Of a stretch of DNA of 64,000 bases, positions 27,601 to 39,800 are shown piece by piece. The DNA lies in assembly GCA_004431415.1 (NCBI GenBank), contig QPMI01000637.1, positions 186,001-250,000 on the forward strand. Reading direction: 5' to 3'. The notes under the pieces were generated by a model. That model worked only from the letters and a program-made list of their open reading frames with translations, ran no database searches and had not been told where the DNA came from. Every line of letters starts with the position of its first letter. Positions within the stretch are counted from its first letter, which is position 1. The position numbers and the translations under genes were made by a program. The DNA is from Cyanophora paradoxa CCMP329. Its lineage: Eukaryota; Plantae; Glaucophyta.

Positions 27601-30219
27601 TCGAGATCGACTACACCTTCCCCGAGCAGCTCCTCTTCGTGCCGCGCTACCCGATCGTCGCCCGCTGCCTCGCGCGGCAGCCGAGCAACCCCGACTTCGA
27701 GGGCGAGGTCGTCTTCGAGTGGTCGGCGCCCGGCGGCGAGCGCGAGCTCGCGAACCTGACGGGCATGGCCGTCCGCACGAGCGCGGCGACCTCCACGCTG
27801 GTGCTCAACGGGACGGACGGCGCGACGCTCACGCTGGACCGCATCTACCGCCTCAAGTGCTCGGCGTACGCGTCCTCCTCGGGGCCGGCCTCCGCCGGCT
27901 CGCAGGAGGTCAGCGTCCGCCTCCTGTCGGGGCCGAGGCCCGGCGCCTGCGGCATCTTCCCCACCTCCGGAATCGCCCTCGACACGCAATTCATCGTCTC
28001 GTGCTCCGACTGGGCGGCGTCCTACTCGGGCAGCGGGGTGGGGCTGCGCTATCAGCTCAAGGTGAGGCTGTTGCGAGTGTCCGAAGCGGCCTCGAATATT
28101 CGACTTCGGGCTCACCTGCAATCTCGCAGATGATCAACCCCGCGGGCGGGCAGATCGTAACGCTGACGCAGCCGAACTCGGCAAACGTGATGCGCAGCCT
28201 GCTCCCCGTCGGCGCCAACCCCTTCGGGACCGTCAGCGTGTTCGTGACGATCACCGACGAGTACAACGCGACGACGGACTACCCCCTCGCGGCGAACGTG
28301 ACCTTCCCCGCGCTCGACGCCATCCTCAACAGCAACGCCCAGGCTGGCAGCGACGCGCTCGTGGGGGCGGGGCGCTCCTCGGTGTACGACATGCTCAAGC
28401 AGGCGAGCAACAGCATCGCCGTGACGAACGGCGACGGCGACCGCGAGGCGAGCCTCGCGAACGCGGCCATCGTCGGCGGCGTCGTCACGAAGATCCTCAA
28501 CGCCGTCCTCGGCGACCCGGCCCAGCGGCCCTCGGAGGGCGCCCCCAAGCTCGAGGACGCGCGCTTCGAGGCCCTCCTCTCGCCCCTCCTAAAGACCCTG
28601 GAAGGTAGCGTGAACCTTCGTGAATCTCATCTTTTCAAGTCTAAGAGGATGACAAATATTTTGCAGACATTTCCAACGACAACCGAACCACGAAGCAGGA
28701 GATCGTGCAGACGATCTCGACCATCACGGCGCTCTCCAACGTCCTCGTCAGGACATCCAGCGTGGATGTCCAGGCCTCCCTCATCCGCTTCCTCGACCGC
28801 CTGATCGACGGGCTCGACCCCTGCCGCGACTTCGAGGAGGTCTCCAAGCTCGTCCTCGCCGCCGGCGACGCGTACGTCAGGTGAGCTGCACACCTCCACG
28901 CCTGCGATCCCCGCGCGACATATGCATTCCATCCGAAAGCGCCGACGCGGAACTCGCAGCTCGACCGACTGGCAGGGGCTCCGCGACGGGCGCTCGGTCG
29001 TGTACACGGTGGTGGACTCGGCGCTGAAGAAGTTCGCCTCGCGGGCCGCCGCCTGCTCGGTCTGCGGCACGAAGGCGGTGAAGCAGACGGGCGTGCGCCT
29101 CGCCGTCACCTTCGGCCGCGTCTGCTTCTCCGAGACGGACGAGAGGGGCATCGAGACGGGCGCCAGCTCCGGCGGCGTCCTCCCCTCCAACGTCCGCATC
29201 CCGCGCTCCGCCATCCTCCTCGCCCAGCAGACCCTCGGCAACGCCACCGACTCCGCCCCCTTCACCTTCTACGCGTACCTGGTGCCCTCGCCGCCCTCCG
29301 CTGCGCGCCGCACCCCGCTCTCAACATTTTTCCGCCCCGCAGCGCTCGCCGTTCCCGACAGGCAACGAGAACTCAACCGCGCCGAACGCCGAGAGGGTCA
29401 ACGTGACCAGCCAGGTGCGGACGGATAGCTAGAGTAATATATTGTAGCAATTGTACGCTGTGCACGCGAGCGCGATTGTAACAATGATGCGGACAGGTTA
29501 TCGATGTGGAGATGCCGGGGGTGCGCGTCGCCAATCTGTCGACGCCGATCCTCTTCCAGATTCCGTTCCCTCCTGGGTGCGGAAAATATCAATTAATTAT
29601 AATTGTGTTCGACTCGGTATGAAGTCACTCACGCCGGGCCCCCGGGGCGGGCCCCGCAGTGTCGAGCCGGCCCTGCCCCTGAACCTCGTCTTCTTCACCG
29701 TGAACGCGTCGAGCTCCCTGTGGGCCTCCTGCTCGAACGTCTCCCTCTTCCGCACGAACGGGACCCAGTACGCCGAGGGCTACTGCAACCACATGACGCC
29801 CGTGCGCGATCGTTATCTCGCGTTCTTCGCGATCGCTCGGACTCGCGCATGGCCCCTGCTGACCCCTAGCATCGGCGCAGTTCGCGGCGGGTACGGCGAT
29901 CCCGGTCCCGCCCGCCGCGAAGGCGGTCGGGGGCCTCGCGCCGTACCAGGCGCTGCCGGAGAGCGGGGGCGGCTCGGGCGTCAAGGCCGAGGTCGTGGCT
30001 CCCGCCGTCGCCGCCGGCGTCTTCGCGGCGTCCATCTGCTGCTGCTGCTGCTTCGTCTTCGCCCTCAGGCGCCGCCGCCGCCGCAAGCAGCGCGAGAAGG
30101 CTCAGGCGGCCATCGCCCACTCGCGACTGCATTCGAACGACCACGCGATCGAGATTGCGGTTGAGCCGAGCAGCAATTGGCAGCAGCAGCCATACAACAA
30201 CTTCGTATATCGGCTTTAA
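663..30219 (+). CDS. Giant multi-exon single-pass cell-surface protein: signal peptide, dozens of ~100-aa Cys-paired beta-rich repeats, REJ module, GPS/GAIN motif, one TM helix (PKD1/REJ-like adhesion receptor)
   Basis: ATG663 MRIALFLLCAMHLAQRGVSAL is followed by a GT..AG intron (727-810). Exons are separated by short introns along the whole span and share a recurrent motif A-x-L-x-C-x(2-3)-RR-x(7)-C-x(3)-P-x(2-3)-SP-x-LL-x-SDF with many NxS/T sequons. REJ-like motifs lie at 26.3-28.3 kb. The GPS YCNHMTP|FAA is joined across intron 29802-29880, followed by TM AVAAGVFAASICCCCCFVFAL, RRRRRRK and TAA at 30217-30219. Not every junction was checked, so single-gene continuity is inferred. Confidence 0.75.
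19200..24162 (+). repeat. Near-perfect tandem repeat of ~3.05 x 1626-bp units. Each unit has 2 introns plus 1500 coding nt (500 aa, five modules).
   Basis: The anchor TCCGTGCGCTACGCGGAGAGCATCGACCCG occurs at 19200, 20826, 22451 and 24077 (periods 1626, 1625, 1626). Introns 19497-19569 (73 nt) and 19644-19696 (53 nt) are copied with the unit. Confidence 0.95.
26270..28310 (+). other. REJ (receptor for egg jelly)-like module of the giant protein
   Basis: Spliced translation gives VTGTGRRPAKIVWEC, PTILFPKNTLPPG, PVVAVITGGSRSIAW..FSGASSVDPD..LSYSWAF and PRPGACGIFPTSGIALDTQFIVSCSDW, all typical of REJ-domain proteins. Boundaries are approximate. Confidence 0.75.
29719..30087 (+). other. GPS autoproteolysis motif, single TM helix and juxtamembrane Cys5/Arg6 cluster
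   Basis: WASC...GYCNHMT(P)|FAA fits the GPS consensus C-x-H-L/M-T-x-F-A (His at 29790). A hydrophobic segment at ~29992-30066 contains CCCCC and is followed by RRRRRRK. Confidence 0.8.
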
Positions 30220-30539
30220 GGACGTGAATCAATAGGTTAGCTGCAGCAGCTGCATGAGTAGTTTTTCGACTAGATTTCTAGATCTAGAGCAGGTCTAGAG
30301 TTTCCGGATCACACGCGCGCGAGCGCCGGATCATTGAATCAATAAACATCTGCCAGCTTCTACCTCACGATCATTGCTAGCGGCTTCGCATTCGGACTAT
30401 TGCTTCTGAAACTTCCATTATTTCGTTATTTCGTTCTCCTGTGTGCTCGCCCTTTTAATTATCTCTAGAGTGCGCTTTTCGATCGAATCCTAGTTTTGAA
30501 TGTAGGTCCCTCGCCATAGCTTTGAATAGATGCGCGTAA

Positions 30540-31271
30540 TCATAAACGAGTACTTATACTTGCATCTGACAGTTTAAGTAATGCGGCGCTTTTACGTGCC
30601 ACTGGGCCACGGTGTGTGTTTGCTGAACGACCCCTGGTAGCCAGTATTACTGTCATGTAGGCTCGAACTCTTTGAGCTATCCTAGCTGTAGCTGGACTCT
30701 GCTGGCTGGTTCAGTACTAATTAAAATGCCACTGAGCAGCCCGACAGTCGGCTAGCTAGAGATTTAAACTTCGCGTTTTCGAAGCGCTTGTTCTCAACCG
30801 CTGTATTAATTCGAATTGACTTCAAATGAAATTAGCACCAGTATTATACTCTTGCGCCGGGGCTGCACAACGGATGTAACCAACCTGATCCAGCGGCTAG
30901 CGCTCAACGCGGAGCTTCTGAAATGGCTAGTGCTCAACGCGGAGCTCGAAGCCCTAGGCCCGGAGGAGGCCAGCCGCGCGCCTCCGCGCAGCTGGACTCT
31001 TGCATTGTTCCGCTTGAGCTCAGCTTGCATCTCCGATTTAATATTCTCTATTCTCAAGGTCCCGCGGGGGAAGCGCAGGACCCCGCGGGCGGATCCGGAG
31101 CTCACAAGGTTCTCGAGCCGTCAATATCCCCTCGCTCCTCTTCTACCCTCTGCGAGCTATTTGCAAAGATCAACAAAATCATCAAGTCTACGTGAAGCTT
31201 AAGATCTAGAAAAAACCAACGAGCAACGCCTTCTGTCTCTCAAAAACCAGAGGGGGTTCGCCCCACCGTAG
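30540..31271 (+). mobile_element. Possible non-autonomous Helitron-like element
   Basis: Starts A|TCATAAACG and ends with hairpin GGGG-TTCG-CCCC (31253-31264) followed by ACCGTAG|T. The GTAG end is non-canonical. The 5' end resembles the putative 5' end of the minus-strand element at 36750. Confidence 0.2.
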
Positions 31272-32017
31272 TCTCTCAAAAACAAAAGCTATAATACTAG
31301 TGGCCCGGCCGCGATTTTCGCGCCGGGGGTGCAAGGGGGGAACCGGGATCTAATGAAAGAGTCCTAGTGGCACGCACATGCGCGCGGCAGAACGACCCCG
31401 GCCCAGTGCCGAGCGCAACAAGAGCGCCCGGCCCGGCCGGCGTGCTCGGCTGCGGGCAGCGGCGCACGCGGTTCTGCGGTATAAGCTCGATGTCGGCGGC
31501 GTGCTGAGCGCAGCAAGAGAGCACGGTCTGGACGGCCGGGCGTGTTCGGCTGCGATCAGCGGCGCAGGCAGCGGCGCAAGCGGTTTTGCGGTGCCGGGCA
31601 GAACGTTAACAGCGTATATACGTAGTGCGAGCAAGAGGAAATTTATTTCGAGGAGACAGCTAGGGAGAAGTGGTTGCCATGCAAAACCGCCGCGTGACAG
31701 CGCTAGCGCAGCGCCGCGCGAGGGAGAGGCCCGGAGAGCCCAGATCTATTGCTAGACGAGTGAGAGAGAAGTTGGTTTTCCCCTCGCCGAGTCGAAATTT
31801 TTTAAAACCACTTTTCCCGAGTCGAAAGAGCTCTCGCGAGCTCGAGTTTGACGCTCGAAAGTCGAGAGCTGACCGATCCACCAAGCCAATCGGAACGCGA
31901 ATAAAAAACATTTTCGTTGCAGACTGGCCCTCGGAAACGGCCTCGTAGAAAACTTTTGGCTGAAGCGAGGGAACGGGAAGCAAGCTGGGAGAAGCCCTTC
32001 GGTCTTCTTCCCCCCTT

Positions 32018-34476
32018 AACGGCTGGACCTCCGCCCCTTTCCCCATTCGATGCGGTGTACGTCAGGGTGGCCCCCTTTCGCCCTATCTATATAATTTGTG
32101 CACACACCTTTTAGCCCTTTTGATTAATGCTGATGCTCGTATACGAGGTGTCCGCTTGTCCTCTAGCTCTCTTTGCAAGGTGCTCCAGTTTGCAGACGAC
32201 ACTGTTCCTTTAATCTCGTCTTTTACCGAATTGCCTTTCTGGAAAGAGTGCTTTGATAAATACTGCCGGCTCTCTGGAGCTCTTATTAATCTCGAGAAAT
32301 CTAGCCTTCTTCCACTCCGCGATATCCCGCACATGCCTGGCCTAGCGTCGAGGACTGCCCCTGGCGGCGTCTTCAGGTGACGGATCTCCTCCCGCTGAAA
32401 AAATTCGAAAATACCTGGGCTTTCCACTAGAGCCCGATCTGTCTCGGTTCTGGCGGAAAAAGAACGCTGCTCTTGATATCCGTGTCCAGCAAGCGAAGAC
32501 TTATCGCATGCCGATGCGTTCCGGCGTTCTCCTTGCCTGGGCTGTATTTATTGGGTCCCTACATTATGCTCTATATTTGCTTGATCCCCTGATGCTCAGT
32601 ATTCGACATGGCAAGAGAAGCTTCGCGCTTTTGCTGGCGTGAGCGGGCAGCTTTCGAAGTATATTTCTCCTCTGCCGTGGCGTCAAGGTGGTCTCAACTG
32701 CCCGGATATTCGAGCTTTTTCGTTATCGCTGAAAATGAAGTGGGTGGCCTTGCTCGCTGACCCCTCTTGTTCGGCTCCTTGGAAGGAGTACCTCTTGAGC
32801 AAACTGGACGCTCAGCTGGCACCTTTTTCCTATGGCCCCGCCCTTGTCTCGCTCCGCCTCCCACTTGACAGACTTGACTTGCCTCCTATTTGGAAGCAGA
32901 CTCTCTCCGAGTGGGCTCAGCGCCAGGGCGTGTGTCAACCTCGTAACTCTCCCGAAGTGTTATCCCAACCTCTTTTCTTCAATCCTCTGTTCAGAACTCC
33001 CGGCGACGAGGTCGACTGGAGTCGCTGTGCACGGTCCGGCTTGCTGCGGGTCTGCGATATCTGGGATTGTGCTGCCCGGGGGTTCCGGGCTCCAGCAGCT
33101 GCCTCCTCCGCCCTCCACTCCTTTTTCCCTAGTCTGTGCTCTGCGCTCCCGGCTACTTGGCGCCAGGTTCTCGAGGCCCCTGCACCGCCGCCTCAGCATC
33201 TCTGGTGGTCCGGACCGGACGCCTCGTTTGCTCTCCTTCGAGGCCCAAGTGGTACTTTTGTTGCCTTCCCCGTTCGCGATAACCAGATAATTCCACGGGT
33301 GCTGGACTGCGTACCGCGCGTTCCTTGCCGCCCTGCGGCTTCCCACCCTGTGGGCCTATCCTCGAGCTCCAATTCAATTCTGTCCCGTTTGCTCCCGCTG
33401 CATGTTTGCTTCAGCGCTGTCTTCCTCTCTCTTCGTCGCGGGACCCTGCCTGGCCTTTTTGTTCTTGGCGCAGGTCCTTCGGCCTTTCTTTCTCTTGATA
33501 ATCTTGCGTTCACTTTCGCTCGTATGCTCCCTCTCCGCCTCTCCTCTGTTCGACGCTTCTACTGCCTTGAGGTCCAGCGGCTTCGCGATGTGTCTAGCCA
33601 CGCTCAGATGCCCGATGCTAAGTGGGGGTTTCCCGGCGCCTTGTCTCCGTCCCGTCTTCCTAATCTTGTCGTCCTTCAGTGTTTCCCGATGCTTTGGATC
33701 GATGCTCTTTACCGTTTGCATTTCAAATTGTATCGTTTGGGCGAGCAACAGTCGCCCCGCCGTCGTTTCTGTCGGGTCTGTAATGACGGATCTGCTCGCT
33801 CTCACGCGCACGTTTTCTCTGAGTGCCCGCTTTCTCGTTCGTTCTGGGATTTCATTCGTGAGCGCCTGAATTTCTGGGCTTCTACTCTTCCACCGGATGA
33901 GCGTGAAGAGGTCGCAGTGCCTGACCTCTCTCTCTTCCACATCCTCTCGGTTCCGGATTTATCTGGGCCCATTTTACGCAGTAAAGTTAACCCGCCTTCT
34001 GCCTTCGATCACTTGGAGCGATCCTTGCTGGCGTATTTTCCATCCAACAGGTTGCTCGCGCTCGGTGCGATCTTGAGGAGGCTGACATTGATGCACCTGC
34101 TTACAACCGCGCCGCGCTTGTTGCCGCCTGGGACAGAAATATGTCGTACCTCGAGTTCACCCTTCCGCAGGCTTCGGCCTTGTTGGAGGAGCGGCGCGCT
34201 CGCTTGGCTGCTGCTGACGCTGATGATCAGGCTGCCTCGGATGATGACGCACATGATTCAGAGTCTGGTGCCGGTTCTCATCGTTCTAGTTCAAGCTCTG
34301 ATTCTGACTCGTCCGGCGCTCCTTCTTCGGGCGGTGCTGACAACCTCGTCTCTTCGCGTGACATCGATTCTGTCCTCCGGAATCCTGCGGAGTTTGCCGT
34401 TCGTGGAATGTCCCGTTGGGGATCCCTGGTGGTCGCCCGCCTCCTGCGCCGTCCCCTCCTGCTCTGGCCCCTGTAG
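32018..34476 (+). pseudogene. Truncated, frameshifted LINE ORF2 (RT C-terminal half plus zf-RVT-type zinc finger)
   Basis: The motifs GVRQGGPLSP, LQFADDT, SGALINLEKS, KYLGFPL, LPWRQGGLNCPD and CRVC...HAHVFSECPLSRSFW are spread over several reading frames. The final frame ends at TAG 34476. Confidence 0.85.
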
Positions 34477-36451
34477 TGACCCTTGGGCCCATTCCTATTC
34501 CTGCTCTCGCTGCCCTCTCGACGCTCCTTTCCCCCATTCCCTGCGGTCCCGATCCCTGTGCTCCTTGGCCCTCTGGCCCCGCCTCTGCCTCCTCCCTCCT
34601 TACAACTTGCTGTCACGGGGCCTCTTCACTTGCCTGTTCCCGGCAGGTCCCTGGTCATCTTGCAGCTCCATACCCTTCTTACATCTTCCCTTGCTCCTCC
34701 ACTTCCGCCCCTGCGAGGCCCTCTTTCTGACGTCCTCCTGGTTCAGCCCCTCTTCAGCCCATCCTTCTTGCCCCGCTTCTGCAACTGTGACGCTGGGCGG
34801 CACTATCTTTTTGCATGCCCTCCCGCCTCTACGTCCCCGGTCTCTTTGCGTCTGCATCCACTTTCCCGGATCCGCTTGCAGGCCCCTCGCCTCCAGAGCT
34901 CGCCATCACTTCGGCCTCCCTCGCCTCCGCTCTCGATTCTCCATACCCTTCGAATAGCCGCCTTCTCTCTCCTCCTCCGCCCTCCCTCCCCCCTCGAGCT
35001 CCGGGTCCTCGGCCTCTGCCCCGCTTCCGAGTGTTGGCGAGACTGTCCTCTTTTCGGTCTCCCGTCATTCCGGCTCCCTGCTCCCCCTTCGGCGCCTCGG
35101 GTCCCATCTGCGGGTCCTATCCCGCTTCCTGGCGCTCGTGAGATTCGCCGCCGGCGCCCTCGTCGGGCCCTTGCGCCCTCGAGCTCGTCTCTCTCTGCGC
35201 CGCCCATGGCCATGACCTCCGTGTCATCTGATCCGGCGCCACCCGACCTTTCTCCTGCTTCGCTGCCCTCTCTTCGGCGCCGGCAGCGATCCCCGTCACC
35301 TGCTCGCGGCCCTTCCCCTGCCTCCGACCCTTCCTCGGCTCCCTCCTCGCCTCTTCCGTCTCGTCGGCCCCCGCCGCATTCCCGTCGGCGGATCTCTCGA
35401 TCGACCCTGGACTCTCCGCCTGCCACTGTCTGTGGGGTACCTCCGCCGCCGTGTTCGGCGCCGGCTGTCAGTACTTTGCTCGGTAGCTCCCCCGTCGTGG
35501 CTCCTCGGGGGCCTCTTCGTCGTCGTCGTTCGCTGGGTTCCGGCTCCGGGTCAGATTTCTCGCCGGGCTTACCTTCTCCTGGCTCTGCTCCTGGGCCCTC
35601 AGCTCCGGGACCGGCTTCCCCGATCTCCTCCCGGACTCGTGGACGTACCCGTCGCCGGCTTGCCGAGCCTGCGGCTCCTTCTACTTCCCCCCGGCGGTTT
35701 GCCGGGCCGGACCCTCCGGCCTTTGTTCTTGATACCGGACTGCCGCCTTTGCCTTCGTCTTCTGCTTCGCTGGTCGCGATCGTATCCCGCCGGCGCCGGC
35801 GTACTTCTTCGTCTTCTAGTTTAGTTCGGTCTGGTTCGGATTCTGATCGTAGTGTTGATGCTAGAGTTAGTTTCAATACTAGCAATAGTCCTCGTGCTCG
35901 ACCTGTTGTTCGCCGTCGTTTGCAGTTCGATTGCCCGCCTCGACCCCGGCCGGCTTTAGTGATTCCTTTGACTGTCCTTTTGCCTGCTCTTGATCCGCCT
36001 GCTCCGCCTCCTGTGTCCTCCTCGACCTCGTGCCGTAGCTCTGCCCTTTCGCATCGTCCTGCTTCGCCTCCGCCTCCATGTCGTCTTGTTGTTCCTCTTA
36101 CTTGTCTTCTTCCTGTTATTTATCTTTCTCAATTTTGTCCCCCGCTTCTTAGTGATGTAACATTCCTTCTGATATTGATGGTATCTCTAGCCTAGTAGCT
36201 CTGGCTCTTCTTCGTGTCAGTTCTCCTCTGTCCCTAGATCTGCTCGATTTATCGTCTCTTCTCGCTATCGATCTGTTTCGAGCTCTGTGTCTTTCCTTTT
36301 TTATTGTCGATTTTGGCTCTTTGTTTTATCTTTCTTCGTGCTCTTGTCTTAGTTATATATAATTATTTTGCTTTTTTGTCTTTATGCCCCCTGGGCAGCC
36401 CCCGCAGTGCTGGTGTCTAGAGACTGTGGCCGGTAATTCACCAAAAAAAAA
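32018..36451 (+). mobile_element. 5'-truncated non-LTR retrotransposon, L1/Tx1-like
   Basis: A 13-bp target-site duplication TTCTTCCCCCCTT at 32005-32017 and 36452-36464 flanks the element, with an A9 tail at 36443-36451. The element starts inside the RT domain (NGWTSAPFPIRCGVRQGGPLSPYL). Confidence 0.9.
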
Positions 36452-36817
36452 TTCTTCCCCCCTTGCAATAATTTGCTCCGATCCTTTCCCTCCTCTCCAG
36501 CTCTAGATCTCCTTATTCGAGCCGTCGCCCCGGGTGTCTTGGTTAATTTCCCTTCCCCAAACCTTACGTAAACTATATAGCGAGCCATAGACGGCGCTGG
36601 GAAATTCCAAATACCGCTGGGAATTTCGATTTCTTTTAAGCCTAAGCGTCCTGGCCCTTTCCAGCGGTGGCATTCTGATGCGGAAGGCTTGCAATTAACC
36701 CTAATCTAAAATGTCGGACACTTCACATGAATAACACTTCGTTTATAAGACGCGCTATAGGGTTGCCACGTATGTACGTAAACGCGCTGTAGCTTGTAGA
36801 CTGGCGGCCTCGGGGGC

Positions 36818-39800
36818 TCAAGAGATGCTACACGCCGAAGATTTGGATTTGCTGCGAGCCGCGGCTGCGGTCATCGGCGCCGGGGCTGGCGCGGCTGAGG
36901 GAGGATTCGAAGGCGTTGGTACGGCGCCTTCGAGTTCCTTTGCAGCGCGCGCCTCCCCGAGCTTGCGCCTGGCCTGCCCGACCCGCGCCGCGCGTCAGCG
37001 GCAAGTCGCACACGCGTACGACGGCGTTCGCCGAGTTGTACACGCGGCCAACCCGCCGCGGCGCGGGAACAGAAGCATGAAACCCCGCACCGCTTGGAGG
37101 CGCCTCAGCTCCTCCTTGAGGGCGGAGAGCTCGCTGGCGCTGGCGCTGGCGGATGCAGATGCCTCCTTCTGCACATGTACGGCGGATGCAGCACCGGCGG
37201 CTTCATGGGCAGCTGCCGTCGCCTCGGATGAGCTCAGCGCCTCGGCTCGATCGGAGCTCGCGATCGGCGTGGACTGTGCCTGCATGACCGCCTCCACATT
37301 CTGCCGCTCGCTCGCTCGCTGAGGGATCCCTTCGAAGGCACGCGGGCGGGCTCGCACCGCGAGGAGGGCGACGCTGCCGTGGGTGAGGAAGACGTGCACC
37401 AGCTCGTCCCCCAGCACGCCGCCCGGATCCTGGCCCGGGGGCTCGGAACGATTGGCGGGCTCGGAAAGATGGGCGGAAGGTGGAATTTCGAATCCGGGCC
37501 TCGCCTCTAGATCTCCCTAGCTTCGAATTCTTCGCACCGGGAGGGTCGCCACCACGACGGGCCGCAGCGGGCGCTTGTTGATCTCGGCGAGCTGCGCGGG
37601 GGCGCGCCGGCGCCAGAGTCACCGGATGAGAATGCCTGGAGATAGGGGGGAGCGGGGGCGGGCGAGGGCGGGCGGGCCTGGAGGCGGTCGCGGAGGAGGG
37701 GCTCGGCGAGGGACACCTCGGAGAGGAGGGGCACGAAGGCCGCGCAGCGGACGGCGGCGCGGTCCGCCCCCGCGTGCCCCTCCGCCCCCTCCCCCGCCCC
37801 GCCCTGCCCGCGCCGGCGCAGCGCACCTGAGTCATGCGGGGGAGGGCGGGGGCGGGCGGAGGGGCGGGCGGCGCACGGCGCATTCTGCCCAGCAGAGGGC
37901 GCCGCGGTGCAGGAGGGCGCGGGCCACCTGCAGCGCCATTGGCGCGTCCTGGCCCCGGGGGGGGCTTAAGCCTCGCAAGTAGGAGCCACTGTAAAGCTCT
38001 AATCGATGCAAAAGAGGCGCACCGGGAGAGAGCACCAGAGGAAGACGAAGGGGCGGGGGCCCTCCAAATCGCAGCGGGCGGCGCGCAGCTCCGCGGCCGC
38101 CGCCTCCGCATCCTCGGCCGAGGCGGCCGAGCCGTCGCCCGCGGGGCCGGCGCCGCCGGCGAGGCGCTGGGAGAGGACGAGGGCGAAGTGGGGCAGGCCC
38201 GAGGCCAGGAGCTCCGCTCTGCTTTACTGAGTTAGTTTGTCCGCGAGGGGCCGGGCCATCTGTTCGGAGTTATTTTTGCGGAATTTAATTTGGCGCACGA
38301 CGAGAGATCTGATGGGGGGACGCTCGCGAGTGCGCAAAGTTCAGCTGCCAAACGGCCGTTTAAAATCGACCGAAGCACGAACCGGCGAACTGCTCGGATC
38401 CAATATTAATATATTGATATCGAGTGCGAAGATATGTGAGATGACATCGATTTCGCAGCGCGTTGCTTCAAGACCGAACCTGCGTCTTCAGGAGGTATCC
38501 CTGCGCGAAAATCACGATTCCACCCCGACAAAGACGAGAGCGCGTGTGCGGAGTCGCAGCTGGCCTGTATCTGCTCGTCGAGGCTGCACTTCTCCAGCCA
38601 GACGGGGTAGACGGCCCGCCCGAGGCGCCGGGCCTCTGCGAGGTGGCCGCGGCAGAGCTCGCCGCCCACGCCCGCGGCGCTGACCTGCACGGCTCGAGTG
38701 AGAAGGGGCGCGGGCCCGATCGAAGGCTCAGCCGAGAGCCCCGAACCACGAGCACGACCACCGTGGCGATCGAGAGGCCCTCGTCCGGGTCTTCGGGATC
38801 GCAGCACTGCGCCCACGTGCGGGCGTGAGGCAGACAAGCGTCGCTTAATTCATGAATCGCTCTCCAGAGGGTCCGGCGGCCGCGGGCGTACGGTGATCCC
38901 AGCTGCCTCAAGGGCGGCCCGCAGGGCGTGTGCGAGCGCCCTGTCCGGCGCGGCTCCAGCTCGACTGGCAACACGTAAACACAACGACGCTGACGGAAAA
39001 CATCGAGGTAGGTCCGCCTCACCTGATGAAGACGTCCTTGAGCTTTGCGGCCCGCTTGAGCGCCGCCTGGGCGTGCGAAACCCGTCGTGTGAGAAAACGG
39101 ATGGCTTCTTCGACGTTGACGGGCGCGGGCCGCGCAGCTCGGACCTGGAAGTTCAAGTCGGGGTGGATCTGCCACACCATCCTGTGCGCCCAAGGGTGAT
39201 TCTCGAATCTTTAATCACGGGCAGGAATGCAGGTCTTCTAGATCTAGACGCTAGAGCGCGCAAGCCGTGCGCGGAAAGCGGGCGCGAACTTTCGCGTCGC
39301 GCTGGATGCGGACTGCAATGTGCGGCTTGCGTCGGCCCCTGCCCGCGCACTGAGCCGCTCGGAAGGGAAGCGGGTGGATCGCGAGGGCGGATGCTCACCG
39401 CGCGATATGAGCAGCTCGCAGACGGCGAGGAGGGCGGGGCCCGAGGCGACGGCGCGCGAGAGGGCCGTCTCCCCCTCCACGTCCCGCCCGCTGCGGCCCG
39501 CCCGCCCGCCCGTCAGCGGCGCAGGCGGGCGGGGCGCGCGGGCGGGCGGGCGCGCTCGAGGTCGGCCTCGGGGGCGGCGCGGGCGAGGCGGAGGGCGGTG
39601 AGGTGGAGGCCGTGGCGGCACGCGCACGCCAGCGCCGACTCACCCCCGGGGCCCGCCTCCACATCGACGTCCACCACGCCGTCCCCCTCGAGGCGCCCCT
39701 CGAGCTGCAGGAGCCGCATCGCGCCGGCCAGCAGCCGCGCGGCCCCCGGGGGCGGCGCCACCGAGATCAGGCTCTTCCCCGCGCTCGAGGTGATCACCAC

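Larger units (their letters stand above)
31297..36750 (-). mobile_element. Putative non-autonomous Helitron-like element interrupted by a LINE
   Basis: The minus strand reads CCCGGC-GCGA-AAA-TCGC-G-GCCGGG (hairpin, 31327-31304) then CCA-CTAG|T, the canonical Helitron 3' end. The putative 5' end TCTTATAAACG at 36750 is tentative because it is preceded by G rather than A. Confidence 0.35.

Noticed and set aside
34380-34820. OTU protease-like domain at the LINE C-terminus
   Set aside because: The resemblance is only vague (RWG..LRRPLLLW) and no catalytic DGNC-type motif was found.
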